NCBI GenBank assembly: GCA_964187785.1
Contig: OZ076409.1
Location: 94,056,001 to 94,120,000, forward strand
Source of the DNA: Amphiscolops sp. MND2022
Taxonomy: Eukaryota
Length of the DNA stretch: 64,000 bases
Direction: 5' to 3'
Part shown: in pieces, positions 47,704 to 62,261 of the stretch
Numbering within the stretch: position 1 is the stretch's first letter
Layout: each line of letters opens with the position of its first letter
The notes under the pieces: generated by a model
Seen by the model: the letters and a program-made list of their open reading frames with translations, nothing else
Databases searched by the model: none
What the model was told of the DNA's origin: nothing
Made by a program: the position numbers and the translations under genes

Positions 47704-50700
47704 GCAATGCAATGCAACGGGGAGATACTGACACCACAACGGAGATACTGACACTGTCTTTGTCCTTCTCAAAGACCTGTTTGGATCTGTTTTGAAACAA
47801 AAACATCTTTTTAACGATAGATAAGTCTGACTTCGGAAAAACATAAGTATCTTCACAAAGACTGTTCACAACGACAATGCAGCTGAGTCCTATACTGAAA
47901 AGTTTCTGGGTTTTATTGAAGATTTACATCAGCTAGTGGAACTGCCGAGATTACATTTCGAGTAAAGTACTTGTTTTGTTTTGGGATTGTTACGTTATTT
48001 TAGATTATTTCCGAATCGGGATATGTAGTACTTTAAGAAGACTCAAACAGATCTGTAGTATTAGGTCTTTAGAAAACGATGACAGCTTGATGGTGAAGAC
48101 TTTACTGAGTGGTGAACGGTTATGTATCAGACAATTGCTTTACAGTATAAAGTATGGTATTGAATATAAACTAGATACAATAAAATTCGAGATACATAAT
48201 TCAGGTCTGAACAATCATATAAAGAGATGATGATTGAATAATAGTATAGGCATATCTCCAGATTCTGGCAAATTTACTAGAACAAAAGTTAGCAGTAACC
48301 GATGGAATTGGTAATCGAGTACTCCAGAGAAGCGGGACCCCTCCCTGACGAGGCATATTTCATCCTCGGGAGGCAATATTGACTAGTTGCGATGGGCGCT
48401 TGTCCTGTGCAACATACCCATTCGAGCCGGTTCCTCAACCTCTAGTTATGCAATAAGCGACCGCTTACTGCTTGTTGTTACAAATTGTTGAGTGTTTTAC
48501 AGGCGTTACAAGTGAATGCCTTCTTTACAAGTTCATGAAAATGGGCTTTGTGTCTGACGCTGGGCGCACGATGAATTGCTCCGGATTTCCATCTGAACGA
48601 AACTGTTGAGTTAGAAAGGTTTTCTGACGCTCAGAAGAACTAGATTGGCAGCAGAAAATTAGTAGTACTTACGAGGAAGCAGTCATTTGAAGAACTAAAA
48701 CTCAAGTAAGACACAATCACAATTTTTCTCTGGAATCAAAAGCAGCAGCGAATGATTTTTCAAAAATACTTTTCATGGCGAGTGAACTCATGGCGGTTGC
48801 TTGAATAAAAGACAATTTTGCGGTATATTCTTCATTGTGATGAAATTTTTCAGCTTTGATACCGAAAACATCGATATTGTCAATGTGTCTCATTTTTCCA
48901 GTTCTTCCAGTACCGGCACTATATAATCGCCACTATAAAATTGTTAAAGAGAAGAACTGGATACTTATTTGTAAGATATGATTTAGAATGCTTGTAAACA
49001 ACGTTGGCTTTTCACTAGGTAATTTTTTTCATGCTCTATTTCACTCATAAAGTAAGGGGACTGGAAAAAAATTTGAACGGTCAAAATAGTGGGTACAGTT
49101 GCCTTGAATAGCATGTTTTTTAAGATATTAATTTCATCAGTAAAAAATCTAAAAGCGAAAACTTAATCCCCAATTTTTCTAAAAAACAGCTGTGTCTCAC
49201 GTATCAAAATAGTAAATGAAGTTAAATAATAGAAAACCACCTAGTTACACCTTAAGCGCCGAATATTACAAAAGTGTCTGAGATGATGTCCCATGAGACA
49301 ACCTAGAAGTAAACACAATCAATGAAAAACGAAATTAGGAAGTTTCATTGTTTGCAAACATACAATTAAAGTGCGCATTAAAACCTTAGAAAGTTTTTCA
49401 GAGGATTATCAAATAGCGAGGGATTGCAGAAAGCAGAGCTAGTTTTGTTTTGATCAGATTGTTTTTTTTACAAATAAAGATTCAGATTATTGTCACAGTC
49501 CGCTGAACGACTGGCGTGTTCATAGCGAAGAATACAGTTCGGAAGAGAACATGGATGCCTAATGTCAGCTAAGTACTGCTGGAATAAAAACAACTCAGAT
49601 TTGATAACGTTCAAGTAAACTGTGACCAAACCATATCCGTAAAGAAGAAATCGAACGCGTGAGAAAAGTGTAATAACCAACAATACCGAAATCAGTCAGT
49701 CTTCAATATTGACGCATTGCCCGCGCCCCCGAAATTACTCGTTAGGAACAGAACATAGAACCATCATGGAACAATAAAATCAATCAGAACATTGATAAGT
49801 AAAGCCTAATAATAGTGAAAGAAACTGCAATTACTGCTTGCAGTGAGGAAACGCGGCTTACGACTTCTCAGCTTTGTAACCAATAAACACTTGATTGGTT
49901 TTGCTGTACACTCTTTGCAGAACTAGTCAATGAGGCGCTATTTTGACGTATTTTAACTGAGACCTACTCGCAACAAACTATTAGGTGGATAAGTCGACCA
50001 ATCAGAATGCAGGTTGTTCAATAAATTTGAACGTCGCTTGCTCAATAAGAATGCAAGAATGCACCTACGTCACAAATAAAACGGACGAGAAGATATGCTA
50101 CGTCAACGTCACGTCAATTACAATTACAGTCCACGGCTAATCTAAACTTAGGAGCCTTTTATGTAGAGAATAAAGATAAACCGTTGTGTCTAATACATTT
50201 AAACGTACTGGATTGTCGTGATTAAGCTAACTGGCAATGCTTATTCTTTGCTGGTTAATGTCACAGTTTATTAATACCCACACTCATGAGACTCAATCCC
50301 TTCTCCTATTTTAGTGACTCAAAAGTCTACTAAACACTTTGGAGTAAAATGTTTTTTGAAATTGTGTTGTGTTAAATTTGTTAATTGCTACACAGAACTT
50401 CACCTTGGAAGACTGACCAAAAACAGAAAGACGTCTCATTTGCGTTGCTATCTATTTGAAATTTGATAAGGGGCTATACGTCAAAAGCTCATCAACTGAA
50501 TGTTGACCGTCCTCACGACTTCTTATGGTTTTTTTGATACCATGTCACTTGCACATGAATCATATTTGTTGGAGCTATGATACTATTTCCTAACATCAGC
50601 CCAAAAGAAAGTTATTAATTATGAGATTTCTCATTAGTTTCGCAAAAATTTCTTCATTTTTCTTTTTTTTTGTTTACGTTGCGCGTGAACAAGTTTAATG

Positions 50701-50891
50701 CGCTTAAGACGTCTTCGAGAACCGAAATTGCTGAAGAAATAAAAGTCCGTTTCGCACAGTCCCAAAAGGCCATCATAAAGCAACCCTTGAAACCTACAAC
50801 TAGAGAAAACTCTGAAATAAACCACTTTGATCAGGAAGTTACCTTTTCCAGAGCTTGCTCAATTTCTACCAATTCAATACCATTTCAATAC

Positions 50892-51017
<126 letters not shown>

Positions 51018-54000
51018 GCAATGCAATGCAACGGGGGTCACCCACAATGGAGATACTGACACCGTCTTTGTAATTCTCAAAGACCTGTTTGGATCTGTTT
51101 TGAAACAAAAACATCTTTTTAACGATAGATAAGTCTGACTTCGGAAAAACATAAGTATCTTCACAAAGACTGTTCACAACGACAATGCAGCTGAGTCCTA
51201 TACTGAAAATTTTCTGGGTTTTATTGAAGATTTACATCAGCTGGTGGAACTGCCGAGATTACATTTCGAGTAAAGTACTTGTTTTGTTTTGGGATTGTTA
51301 CGTTATTTTAGATTATTTCCGAATCGGGATATGTAGTACTTTAAGAAGACTCAAACAGATCTGTAGTATTAGGTCTTTAGAAAACGGTGACAGCTTGATG
51401 GTGAAGACTTTACTGAGTGGTGAACGGTTATATATCAGACAATTGCTTTACAGTATAAAGTATGGTAATGAATATAAATTAGATACAATAAAATTCGAGA
51501 TACATAATTCAGGTCTGAACAATCATATAAAGAGATGATGATTGAAAAAGAGTATAGGCATATCTCCAGATTCTGGCAAATTTACTAGAACAAAAGTTAG
51601 CAGTAACCGATGGAATTGGTAAGTGAGTACTCCAGAGAAGCGAGACCCCTCCCTGACGAGGCATATTTCATCCTCGGGAGGCAATATTGACTAGTTGCGA
51701 TGGGCGCTTGTCCTGTGCAACATACCCATTCGAGCCGGTTCCTCAACCTCTAGTTATGCAATAAGCGACCGCTTACTGCTTGTCGTTACAAATTGTTGAG
51801 TGTTTTACAGGCGTTACAAGTGAATGCCTTCTTTACAAGTTCATGAAAATGGGCTTTGTGTCTGACGCTGGGCGCACGATGAATTGCTCCGGATTTCCAT
51901 CTGAACGAAACTGTTGAGTTAGAAAGGTTTTCTGACGCTCAGAAGAACTAGATTGGCAGCAGAAAATTAGTAGTACTTACGAGGAAGCAATCATTTGAAG
52001 AACTAAAACTCAAGTAAGACACAATCACAATTTTTCTCTGGAATCAAAAGCAGCAGCGAATGATTTTTCAAAAATACTTTTCATGGCGAGTGAACTCATG
52101 GCGGTTGCTTAAATAAAAGACAATTTTGCGGTATATTCTTCATTGTGATGAAATTTTTCAGCTTTGATACCAAACATATCGATATTGTCAATGTGTCTCA
52201 TTTTTCCAGTTCTTCCAGTACCGGCACTATATAATTGTTAAAGAGAAGAACTGGATACTTATTTGTAAGATATGATTTAGAATGCTTGTAAACAACGTTG
52301 ACTTTTCACTAGGTAATTTTTTTCATGCTCTATTTCACTCATAAAGTAAGGGGACTGGAAAAAAATTTGAACGGTCAAAATAGTGGGTACAGTTGCCTTG
52401 AATAGCATATTTTTTAAGATATTAATTTCATCAGTAAAAAATCTAAAAGCGAAAACTCAATCCCCAATTTTTCCAAAAAACAGCTGTGTCTCACGTATCA
52501 AAATAGTAAATGAAGTTACATAATAGAAAACCACCTAGTTACACCTTAAGCGCCGAATATTACAAAAGTGTCTGAGATGATGTCCCGTGAGACAACCTAG
52601 TAGTAAATACAATCAATGAAAAACGAATTTAGGAAGTTTCATTGTTTGCAAACATACAATTAAAGTGCGCATTAAAACCTTAGAAAGTTTTTCAGAGGAT
52701 TATCAAATAGCGAGGGATTGCAGAAAGCAGAGCTAGTTTTGTTTTGATCAGATTGTTTTTTTTACAAATAAAGATTCAGATTATTGTCACAGTCCGCTGA
52801 ACGACTGGCGTGTTCATAGCGAAGAATACAGTTCGGAAGAGAACATGGATGCCTAATGTCAGCTAAGTACTGCTGGAATAAAAACAACTCAGATTTGATA
52901 ACGTTCAAGTAAACTGTGACCAAACCATATCCGTAAAGAAGAAATCGAACGCGTGAGAAAAGTGTAATAACCAACTATACCGAAATCAGTCAGTCTTCAA
53001 TATTGACGCATTGCCCGCGCCCCCGAAATTACTCGTTAGGAACAGAACATAGAACCATCATGGAACAATAAAATCAATCAGAACATTGATAAGTAAAGCC
53101 TAATAATAGTGAAAGAAACTGCAATTACTGCTTGCAGTGAGGAAACGCGGCTTACGACTTCTCAGCTTTGTAACCAATAAACACTTGACTGGTTTTGCTG
53201 TACACTCTTTGCAGAACTAGTCAATGAGGCGCTAGTTTGACGTATTTTAACTGAGACCTACTCGCAACAATCTATTAGGTGGATAAATCGACCAATCAGA
53301 ATGCAGGTTGTTCAATAAATTTGAACGTCGCTTGCTCAATAAGAATGCAAGAATGCACCTACGTCACAAATAAAACGGACGAGAAGATATGCTACGTCAA
53401 CGTCACGTCAATTAAAATTACAGTCCACGGCTAATCTAAACTTAGGAGCCTTTTATGTAGAGAATAAAGATAAACCGTTGTGTCTAATACATTTAAACGT
53501 ACTGGATTGTCGTGATTAAGCTAACTGGCAATGCTTATTCTTTGCTGGTTAATGTCACAGTTTATTAATACCCACACTCATGAGACTCAATCCCGTCTCC
53601 TATTTTAGTGACTCAAAAGTCTACTAAACACTTTGGAGTAAAATGTTTTTTGAAATTGTGTTGTGTTAAATTTGTTAATTGCTACACAGAACTTCACCTT
53701 GGAAGACTGACCAAAAACAGAAAGACGTCTCATTTGCGTTGCTATCTATTTGAAATTTGATAAGGGGCTATACGTCAAAAGCTCATCAACTGAATGTTGA
53801 CAGTCCTCACGACTTCTTATGGTTTTTTTGATACCATGTCACTTGCACATGAATCATATTTATTGGAGCTATGATACTATTTCCTAACATCAGCCCAAAA
53901 GAAAGTTATTAATTATGAGATTTCTCATTAGTTTCGCAAAAAATTTCTTCATTTTTCTATTTCTTTTTTGTTCACGTTGCGCGTGAACAAGTTTAATGCG

Positions 54001-56936
54001 CTTAAGACGTCTTCGAGAACCGAAATTGCTGAAGAAATAAAAGTCCGTTTCGCACAGTCCCAAAAGGCCATCATACAGCAACCCTTGAAACCTACAACTA
54101 GAGAAAACTCTGAAATAAACCACTTTGATCAGGAAGTTACCTTTTCCAGAGCTTGCTCAATTTCTACCAATTCAATACGTTTTGACAACGTCGAAAACGT
54201 TGAATCTGACAGCCCATATACCGATTATTGCTTACTCTATCGTAAACATGCAAAACAAGACGCCCGCTATGTACCGGGATATTTTCCGCCATCCATTTAA
54301 CTAAAATTGAAAATTTGCCTCCGCCTCGGTAAAACCCAATTTACTCCAGATAAACGTCAAAATTCGGATAAAGCGAAATTTCGAACCTCCGCTTCCTCCT
54401 TAGAAAAAAAAACAGTTTACTTGGGATATAACGTCGAAAGTTCGGATGTGGCGTACAGCTTGATTTCGAACTTCTACCTCCTCCTTAGGAAAACGCAATA
54501 TTAATTATAAAATGGAGTAAAAGTGGAGTTTTGGCAAAATTAGTAAACAAAAACGCAACACAGATCATAATTTTCCTCCCCCTACACAATAAATTGTGAA
54601 TTGTGGGGGCGGAAAATAAAAATCTGTCTGTATAATGTGCATGCAAAAATCTGCCTGCGCCTTTTAAAGACTTGAAAAGTTTTATCTAATTCGCTAATAG
54701 ACTTCCGAGCTGAATCCAAAACGTCCCTGTCTTCCCTGGCTGAGACTGTTTGAACTTTCGAAAAGTTTTTGTAGACTGCCAAGCTTATTTATCATGATTT
54801 AAAGAGCTCTCTGAAAAACTTCCATGCATCAAAATTTCATTGTTTCAAATGAATTTTATCAAGGTGCCCAAAAAATGCATGCTTAATGTGAGCACGCAGC
54901 TGAGACCAGATCAATTTTCAAAGTGACCGCAACTAAGAAGTGGAAAAATTTCAGTTTCATGCCCGGCATCTACAATTTATTTGAAAGATTATCTCTGAAT
55001 TTAGTTCAACTTTGGGTCTGGAAAGTTATGAAACTGACGCGATCCTATTGCTTGTTGGTAAAACCACTTTCTTTGAAGGCGCACATGATTATGTCATAAT
55101 TTCCCCTGAAGTAGAGTTTAGATCAAGCTTATTCTTCAAGCTATTCTACAGATGTCGCTTCAAAACTTCATCTATTCATCATACAGAAGTTGTCTAGAGT
55201 ATTTTCATTGTTTTCTGATTTAAATATTTCAAATAGTTTTAAGAACATTTGTGTTTGAGTTCGAATCAAGTTTCAAAAAACGAAACAAAATTAGATGATC
55301 GAGCAGTCGTGTTTTGAAGAGTAATTTACAATAATTTACTTGACGTTCGGTAAGAAGTCAGCCAGTCGAGATGAAGAAAATTGAATTCGTTCGTTCGAAT
55401 ATGCTCTAAAGTAATCGGCTCGTTGTCGACCACGATAGAAAAAACGAGTTCGTTAGCAAATTAAAACGAGTGACTTGACCGAAAATGAGATGCAATGTTT
55501 GCAGGCCAGAGGTTGTAGTTTTGAAGTTTTAAATTCCATCTTTCTGAACAACAGCTTTTGTGATTTTGTGACTCAAACGATTTGTTCACTGGATTTTCCA
55601 TTAGAAAAAGTATTGTTTTTTGCAAGAAAAAACAATATGGCGTTGAACTAGATGTTCGTATTTCGTGGAATCGAGTTCACGCTCAGAACTTTTTGTCAGT
55701 AGTGTAATAGCTGCTTGTAGGCCAGACATGTAGATTTTCACCTGATTTGTTTTGGGAGCAGTCTAAATGGTGGTCCTTTTTTCAGTGGGGGAATTTTTTT
55801 CAGTTTTGATGTCAACATCTTTCTTCGAGCTAAAACCATTTTCCAGAAATCAAAAATTTTCGTTTTTTTTATCTGGAGAGACGTTGCGAAATTTCAGGAT
55901 ATTGAAGCATCACAGGTCGATTAAATGTCAAGTGACAGCTGGTAACAGTGCAAAAATATTCTACGGAAGACAAAAAGTAAACTCGTGACAATTTAACTAG
56001 ACTAACTTTTTACCTTATGGAATCCAGAATGCTATCCAAGGTATCAACTGAATTGTTTAACAAAACACCTGTGAAACATAGGAATGTTCAATTCAAAGCC
56101 ATGACTCTGTTTCTCAGAAGAGATTATAATATCACGACATCACTAATTTTCGTATATATTGTATTTTGGATAAACGAAACAAAACAACGGGTTCGGATGT
56201 CATTGGTGTTTTAACATTTTAGTTCACATCAAGTTTTACATAAAAAACGAAACAAAATTAATTGACCGTGCTTTAAATAGATACCATGCAATGACCGTAA
56301 CATTAACTGAAACGATGAGTGATGTATAGCAACTCAGTTTTTGCTTTAGAGTTCGAAAAGAAATCCGTCAGTCGAGAAAAATTGGAATTCGTTCAATTTT
56401 GGTCTAAAGTAATTTGCTTGTCGTACCCACGATCGAATTAAAGCGAATTCGTTCGCAAATTAAAACAAGTGACTTGACCGATATTGAGTTAAAAGTTTGC
56501 AGGATAGAGATTGTGGTTTCATATCCGATTTGTATTAGGAGCAATTAAAATGGGATATACATGCAAATCCTTGAGTGGTTTTGACATGAATTTTTTTCTG
56601 AGAGTTTAAAACAATTGTTTTTCCTCCAAAAATGAAGGAAGTATTTTTGTCGAAAGAATAAGCGAAATTTCAGGATTTCTAAACATCACTGATTGATTGA
56701 ATGTTGCAATTGTGAACAGAATGCGAAAAGATTCTACGGGAGACAAAAAATAACAATTTAACGGGTCAATCTATTCCACTGTTGTTAAATAAAACTCATC
56801 TTTTTCATCTTTTTTAAATTTGATATATCGGATGGGAGAAGTCATTTTTTCTCAGAACCAACCGGTTTTTTTGCAGTGAATGAACCCAAAACAGACGATG
56901 CTTCCATGTTTATTATATTGTTTGTTCCGTTTCGAG

Positions 56937-58072
56937 CAGTGTTGGCATGTTTTAAAACAGACTGGTTTAAAACAGTTTTAAAACAGACTGTTTTAAAACA
57001 GTTTTAAAACACTGTTTTAAAACAGTTTTTAAACAAGGTCAAATTTCAGTAATGTTTTAAAACAAGGGATATTCTTTTTCAGACGAAATGAATAAAGGGC
57101 GTCCTCTTGACCCTATTTGGGAACATTTTGAGCGGAAAGACGGGAACAAGGCAAAATGTCTTGAATCCGGTTCGAAGTCTGCCGCTTTAGTTGAACGTAT
57201 GCGAACCCATTTCAACAAATATCACGTTGCAAAAAAAGATGAAGAGACGCCGACCCCAAGAAAACAAATCAAGATAGAAAAATTTGTAGTGAAAAAGGCT
57301 AAACTCGATAAAGACAAATTTGATGTTTCCGTCGCCAAATTTTTCTATGCTAACAATATTTCTTTCAACTGTGTAGACTCAGTTACATTCAAGAGTCTTG
57401 TGAATGATCTACACCCTGGTTATAAGCCCCCGAATCGGAAACGATTGGCTGGAGAACTATTAGACACGGTATGCGCCGAACTAGAAAGAGAGGCCAAAAA
57501 AGCAACAAATGGAAGTATGGCTACTTTTTGTCTTGACGGTTGGTCTAATGTTGCGAAGGATCCAATTATTGCATCATCAATTCAAGTGAGCAATAAAGTT
57601 TACATTGTTGACATAATCGATACGAACGATGAAAAACAAGCACAAGAAGATTTTGTTTTGTTCATTGGCGGTGAAAATGTTAAATTTTACGATGAAATCA
57701 AACAAATTGGTGACGTGAATATAACAAACTTTGTAAAAGCTCAAGTACTGCTGGGCAATTTATCGGAAAAACTTGGTAACATCTCGGAGCAGCTCATGGC
57801 TATGGTTCCTTCATCAGCTGGTCTGGAACGGATTTTCTCGTCAATGGGCTCTTTTCATTCGGAAGTACGTAATAGAATTGATCCTGAAAAAGTTCGTTAA
57901 ACTTTCCTTTTGTATGCGCTTGCTGAGTTCAGCAGCGAATTTGGAGTAATGTTTGTACTTTTCAATTGAATTGAAAGTTCAAATTGAAACCCTGTTTTAA
58001 AACGTTTTAAAACGTTTTAAAACGTTTAAAACGGATAAAAAAAACTTTTAAACGTTTTTTTAACCAATCCTG
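56937..58072 (+). mobile_element. Internally deleted hAT DNA transposon
   Basis: Perfect 8-bp TSD GTTTCGAG (56929-36 and 58073-80), imperfect TIRs CAGTGTTGG / CCAATCCTG, palindromic GTTTTAAAAC subterminal arrays at both ends, and a transposase ORF inside. Confidence 0.92.
57088..57900 (+). CDS. Truncated hAT transposase (degenerate BED finger, DUF659-like N-half fused in frame to the C-terminal dimerisation motif)
   Basis: IWEHF..AKC; AKFFYANNISFNCV..F..LHPGYKPPNRKRLAGELLD; CLDGWSNV; then PSSAGLERIFSSMG..HSEVRNRI. Only 270 aa, with the CxxH / TRW middle region missing. Confidence 0.85.
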   Translation: MNKGRPLDPIWEHFERKDGNKAKCLESGSKSAALVERMRTHFNKYHVAKKDEETPTPRKQIKIEKFVVKKAKLDKDKFDVSVAKFFYANNISFNCVDSVTFKSLVNDLHPGYKPPNRKRLAGELLDTVCAELEREAKKATNGSMATFCLDGWSNVAKDPIIASSIQVSNKVYIVDIIDTNDEKQAQEDFVLFIGGENVKFYDEIKQIGDVNITNFVKAQVLLGNLSEKLGNISEQLMAMVPSSAGLERIFSSMGSFHSEVRNRIDPEKVR

Positions 58073-58751
58073 GTTTCGAGGTTAAATTGCTCAGATTAAC
58101 ACTGAGATTCAGACTATATTTGGTTCAGATAATGTTCATTTCTTCAGCACAATATCATCTTTTTATAATTTTTTTTCAAAAATTATTACTTTGTATTAAC
58201 ATTCTTCACCTCTTCAAACAAGACCTAACTCGTAGGTTCTCATACTTCTCGATGCCAAGTAAAGTTGTTACAGATACACACAACGATTCAGTTCTAGTGA
58301 TTTGATAAACCACAAAACCTGAATGAACTTGGAGCCTTTTCTTGTGCATTCGGAAATCAGAGGAAAGAATAGCTACGTTAGAACAAACACAAATCAACGT
58401 GATTATCTTTGTGTCTTTTTCAAGAAATTGACACGAGTGACACGACCTAAAATGGGACGCACATTTCGCCGTCCAGAGATTGTATGTTCATACCTTATTT
58501 GTATTGAGAGCAATTTAATTGTGATATACATGTGATGGAATTCATCAAGTGGTGTTTCTTGACATCGATAAGTGGTTTTTCACTTTCCCAAAAATCAAGG
58601 TTTCTCGAAAGAGCGTTTGCAAAAATTTCGAAGCAACACAGATCGATTGGATTTCAACTGACAACTGCAAACAAAATGTGAAAAGATTCTACGGAAGGAA
58701 AAAGGAAATTGTAACAATTTGCCCGGACGTTTTATTCCTTTGATATGGTAC

Positions 58752-59096
58752 AACAAGACGAGAACGTCCAAAGTCGGCGCCATATCTAAGGCTCAAAAAG
58801 CGCAAAAAAAAATTTTTTGGAAAAAAACATGAATTTTTGAAAAAAAAAATTCTTTCAAAAAAAGTCGCATAGTGCCGAAAATACCCTTTGGGGACCCTTA
58901 GATGATATAAAAACTACTTTTGCGCCAGTATTTTAATTTTGCTAAGTAATAATTGTAAGATTTTGAAAATTGTAAGAATTGTAAGAAAAGTGGACCACTC
59001 AGAGTGAGATTGTCAACTGAAAAAAACAAAAAAAAAAAAAAAAACTACTCACTGTAAGAGTCGGGCACTTTTCTCTAGAAAAGCGCCGACTAAAAA
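58752..59096 (-). mobile_element. DINE-1/HINE-like element, second subfamily
   Basis: AACAAGACGAGAACGTCCAAAGTCGGCGCCATATCTAAGGC ... AGTCGGGCACTTTTCTCTAGAAAAGCGCCGACTAAAAA. Confidence 0.7.
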
Positions 59097-59103
59097 TGAA
59101 CCA

Positions 59104-59880
59104 CCCAGGTTTTCGATCTTTGCAAATCTGTACAGATCTGCAGGATTTTTTCTGCATGGTTCTGCAAAGATCGTTGCACTGAATCTTGAAGATCCATGCA
59201 GATCTGCAAGATCTTTACAGAAGTGTGCAGATTTTTTTAAAAGATTTTTGCAGAAATATGTTTTTCTGCAGCTTCTAAGGAACCAATATACTGCATTTTT
59301 GGATTTCTTTAACTACTTCATCAACTATTTTAGCTGACCAAGGCTCAGTCAGTTGATACTCTCGATCACTCAAAATTCTCGAGACGGAAAATTTGTCACC
59401 ATCACAGTAGTTTTGGTGACTGGAGAATGCGCCGTATTGGTTATACACCGTGATTTATCCATTTCACTTGAACTTTCTAGAAGTGGTTGTTGAACTTTGA
59501 GAAGCTTGTTTGCCTTATTGACTTCGTTTTGACGGATGAAATTTGACATGTGGCACCCTTCTGGGTTGGTAGATTTGTTAATAAAGTGTTGTTGTTGTAA
59601 TATTTCGGGAACATGCTTTGTTGGAGTAATTTACATAATTTCTGGTAACTCGGAATACGTCATAGTAATTTACTGCTCATTGTTTGGATCTGTAAAGATC
59701 TGTAAAGATCTGCAAAACTCTACAGATCTGTACAGATTGCTGCAGAAAAATGTTTGACATTACTGTGGGGTTTCTATTGTGTTTCTAAGTAGGTCATTTT
59801 TCTTCGAATCTGCACATATCTGCAAAGATCTGCAAAAATCCTGCAGATCTGCACAGATTCGCAAAGATCGAAAACCTGGG
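59104..59880. mobile_element. CCC..GGG MITE with ~47-bp TIRs
   Basis: CCCAGGTTTTCGATCTTTGCAAATCTGTACAGATCTGCAGGATTTTT matches the reverse complement of the right end with 2 mismatches. It has CAGATCTG subterminal repeats; the flanks CA/CG give only an imperfect 2-bp TSD. Confidence 0.85.
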
Positions 59881-61658
59881 CGGTTATAAGTTGAATCAAT
59901 CAGCGTAACCTTGGGGTTTGGACTATAAGTCATTCACATTTTTTTCACCGTAGTACTCATTTACAGAGCACAATCTCAGTTTTCTATATGAGTTTTTTAG
60001 AAAACTTATTTTCATATGTCCTGTAGGAAACCTGACTGCAATCAATCAACTGCATTGTTTTGCAAAACGGCTGTAAAACAGAATCATGTTCGATGAAAAA
60101 CCATGACTTTGTTTCTCAGCTGAGGTTTGAGTATCACGACATCAAAAAGTTATCAGTTTTTAGTTTTTTTTTTTCGTAGAAAATAAAACAAACGGTTTTG
60201 AGGTCATTCGTGGTTTCACTTTTCAGTTCAAATCAAGTTTTACAACAACAACAACAACAGGAAACAGAATCAGTTGACTGAGCACTCGTGTTATGATGAT
60301 GAGTGATATATATCCCCGGGGTTCAGTCTATAATTGATTGAGCTGACTTTTCTCGTAAAAATCGTTTTTTGAGAACAACCTCATCCTTTTTATATGAACT
60401 TTTTGAAGAAACTATTATCTATCATCTGTCCTGTACAAAACATGACTACACCGGAATTCAGTTATTCAAATAAGATCAAACTCAACGTTTGTCATATTTC
60501 TCGATGCTACGAAAAACACCACATGCAAATATTCTTTTCTACTGAGTTAATAAACCAACCGCAAAACCTGATCAACCTTTGGGGCATTTCTGGTGCACTC
60601 AAAATTAGAGGAAAGTATAGCCACATCAGAACAAACACGAATCAAGGTGTGACTATCTTTGTGTTTTTCCTTCCCAAATTTCCTGAAAGATTTGAGTATC
60701 ACACATCAAAAAATTCGGAGACTTTTTTTGGTTTTTCGATAATCACGTTAGTTCAGTTTTTAGTCGATTGTGGACTTATTATTGAATTTGAATTCACCCC
60801 CTTATGTAAGTAAGTTCAAACCAAGTTTTACAAATAGTTCCGAAACACACTTAGTTGACCGAGCAGCCGTGTTCTGCTGATGAGCAATTTGCAACAACTC
60901 AGTTCTTGCTTTGACGTTCGAAAAGAAGTCAGCCAGCCGAGATGAAAAAAAAATTATGTTCGTTCAAATGTGATCTAAAGTAATCGGTTTGTTGTCTCCT
61001 ACGATAGAAAAAACACGAATTCGTTAACAAATTAAAACGAGTGGCTTGACCGAAAATGCGATGCACTAGTTTTGAAGTTTCAAATGAATTGTGAGCTTTT
61101 TTGGCGACGCCCCGTGAAAATTCAAGAATCATTCTGGTAGCGCGAATTACCTTAGAGATTACACTACCATCAAATTTGGAATCATCGCTTGATTTTGAAT
61201 TCCATAAATCTGAATTTTTGTGACTCAATCATACATTTACTAGATTTTCCATTGAAAACTTATCGATCGTTAGGAAAAGACAAAAATAAGTTGATTCATG
61301 AAAAGTTCACGTTTTATGGAATTGAGTTCAAGCTCAGAACTTTTGTGAGTAGTGAGTGGATTTTTTTGTTTGAAAAATGGGAGACAATAAAATAACATGT
61401 TAGCTGTCATAAGAATGTATTCTCCTGCAGTTGCCTTGAGATGCAATTGTTCCCATGAAGGTTTCATCTGACAGCTGTTAACAAATTAAGAAAAGCTTCT
61501 TTGGGAGACAGAACGTAATTTTAACCCGTCGTTTAATTCCTTCGATTTCGGAAAAATGGGTCTTTTCACTTCTTCGTTTATTAATTTGAGTTATCGGATG
61601 AAGACAAGAAACCACTTTTTCTGAAAACCAGCCGTAATTTTCCCGAAGAACTAACACC

Positions 61659-62261
61659 AATAAGACGGGAACGTCTAAAGTCGGCGCTATATCTAAGGCT
61701 CAAAAAGCGCAAGTTTTTTTAAATATGCCCAGGACGTATTCATGGAAAGCTTTGAAAACAGTTTCGAGACACCCAAAGTGTACCTTTACCTTTCATGCTC
61801 GATATGACTGGGAAATCACTTTATCTCGACTGGCAACAAAAATGTTTTTTGAAAAAAAAAGACTTCGTACTTTTTTCTTTCGGAAAAGATCGCGTAGTGC
61901 CAAAAAATGAAAAGGGGGAACCTTTGGTATTCATTAATATACATTCTATTGCAAAATGTCAAAAAACTTGAAGGGGGGTCTCCTAAACATTAAAAAATTT
62001 TCGAAAAAAAGTCGCACAGTGCCGGAAAAAATGGGAAGTGGAGAACCCTTAGTCTCGTCCAGTTTTGTAGGTTATGTTAAAAATGTAAAAAATGAAAGGG
62101 GCACCCTTTGCACTAAGTTTGCATTAGCCGGGCTTGGCCTGAGTTTTTCTAGTAGTTTCTGTAAAAAGTGGTACATACACGATGAGGTCTGTGGTCTGAC
62201 GAAAAAAAACTAGCCACTGTAATAGTCGGGCTCTTTTCACTAGAAAAGCGCCGACTATAAA
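61659..62261 (-). mobile_element. DINE-1/HINE-like element, second subfamily
   Basis: AATAAGACGGGAACGTCTAAAGTCGGCGCTATATCTAAGGC ... TAGTCGGGCTCTTTTCACTAGAAAAGCGCCGACTATAAA. Confidence 0.7.

Noticed and set aside
48345..48400. CTGACGAG as a hammerhead ribozyme core (also ~51653)
   Set aside because: No GAAA follows a stem II and no closing stems were found.
56950..57065. Regularly spaced palindromic GTTTTAAAAC repeats resembling a CRISPR array
   Set aside because: The repeats are 10-12 bp with no unique spacers, in a eukaryotic context. They are hAT subterminal repeats.
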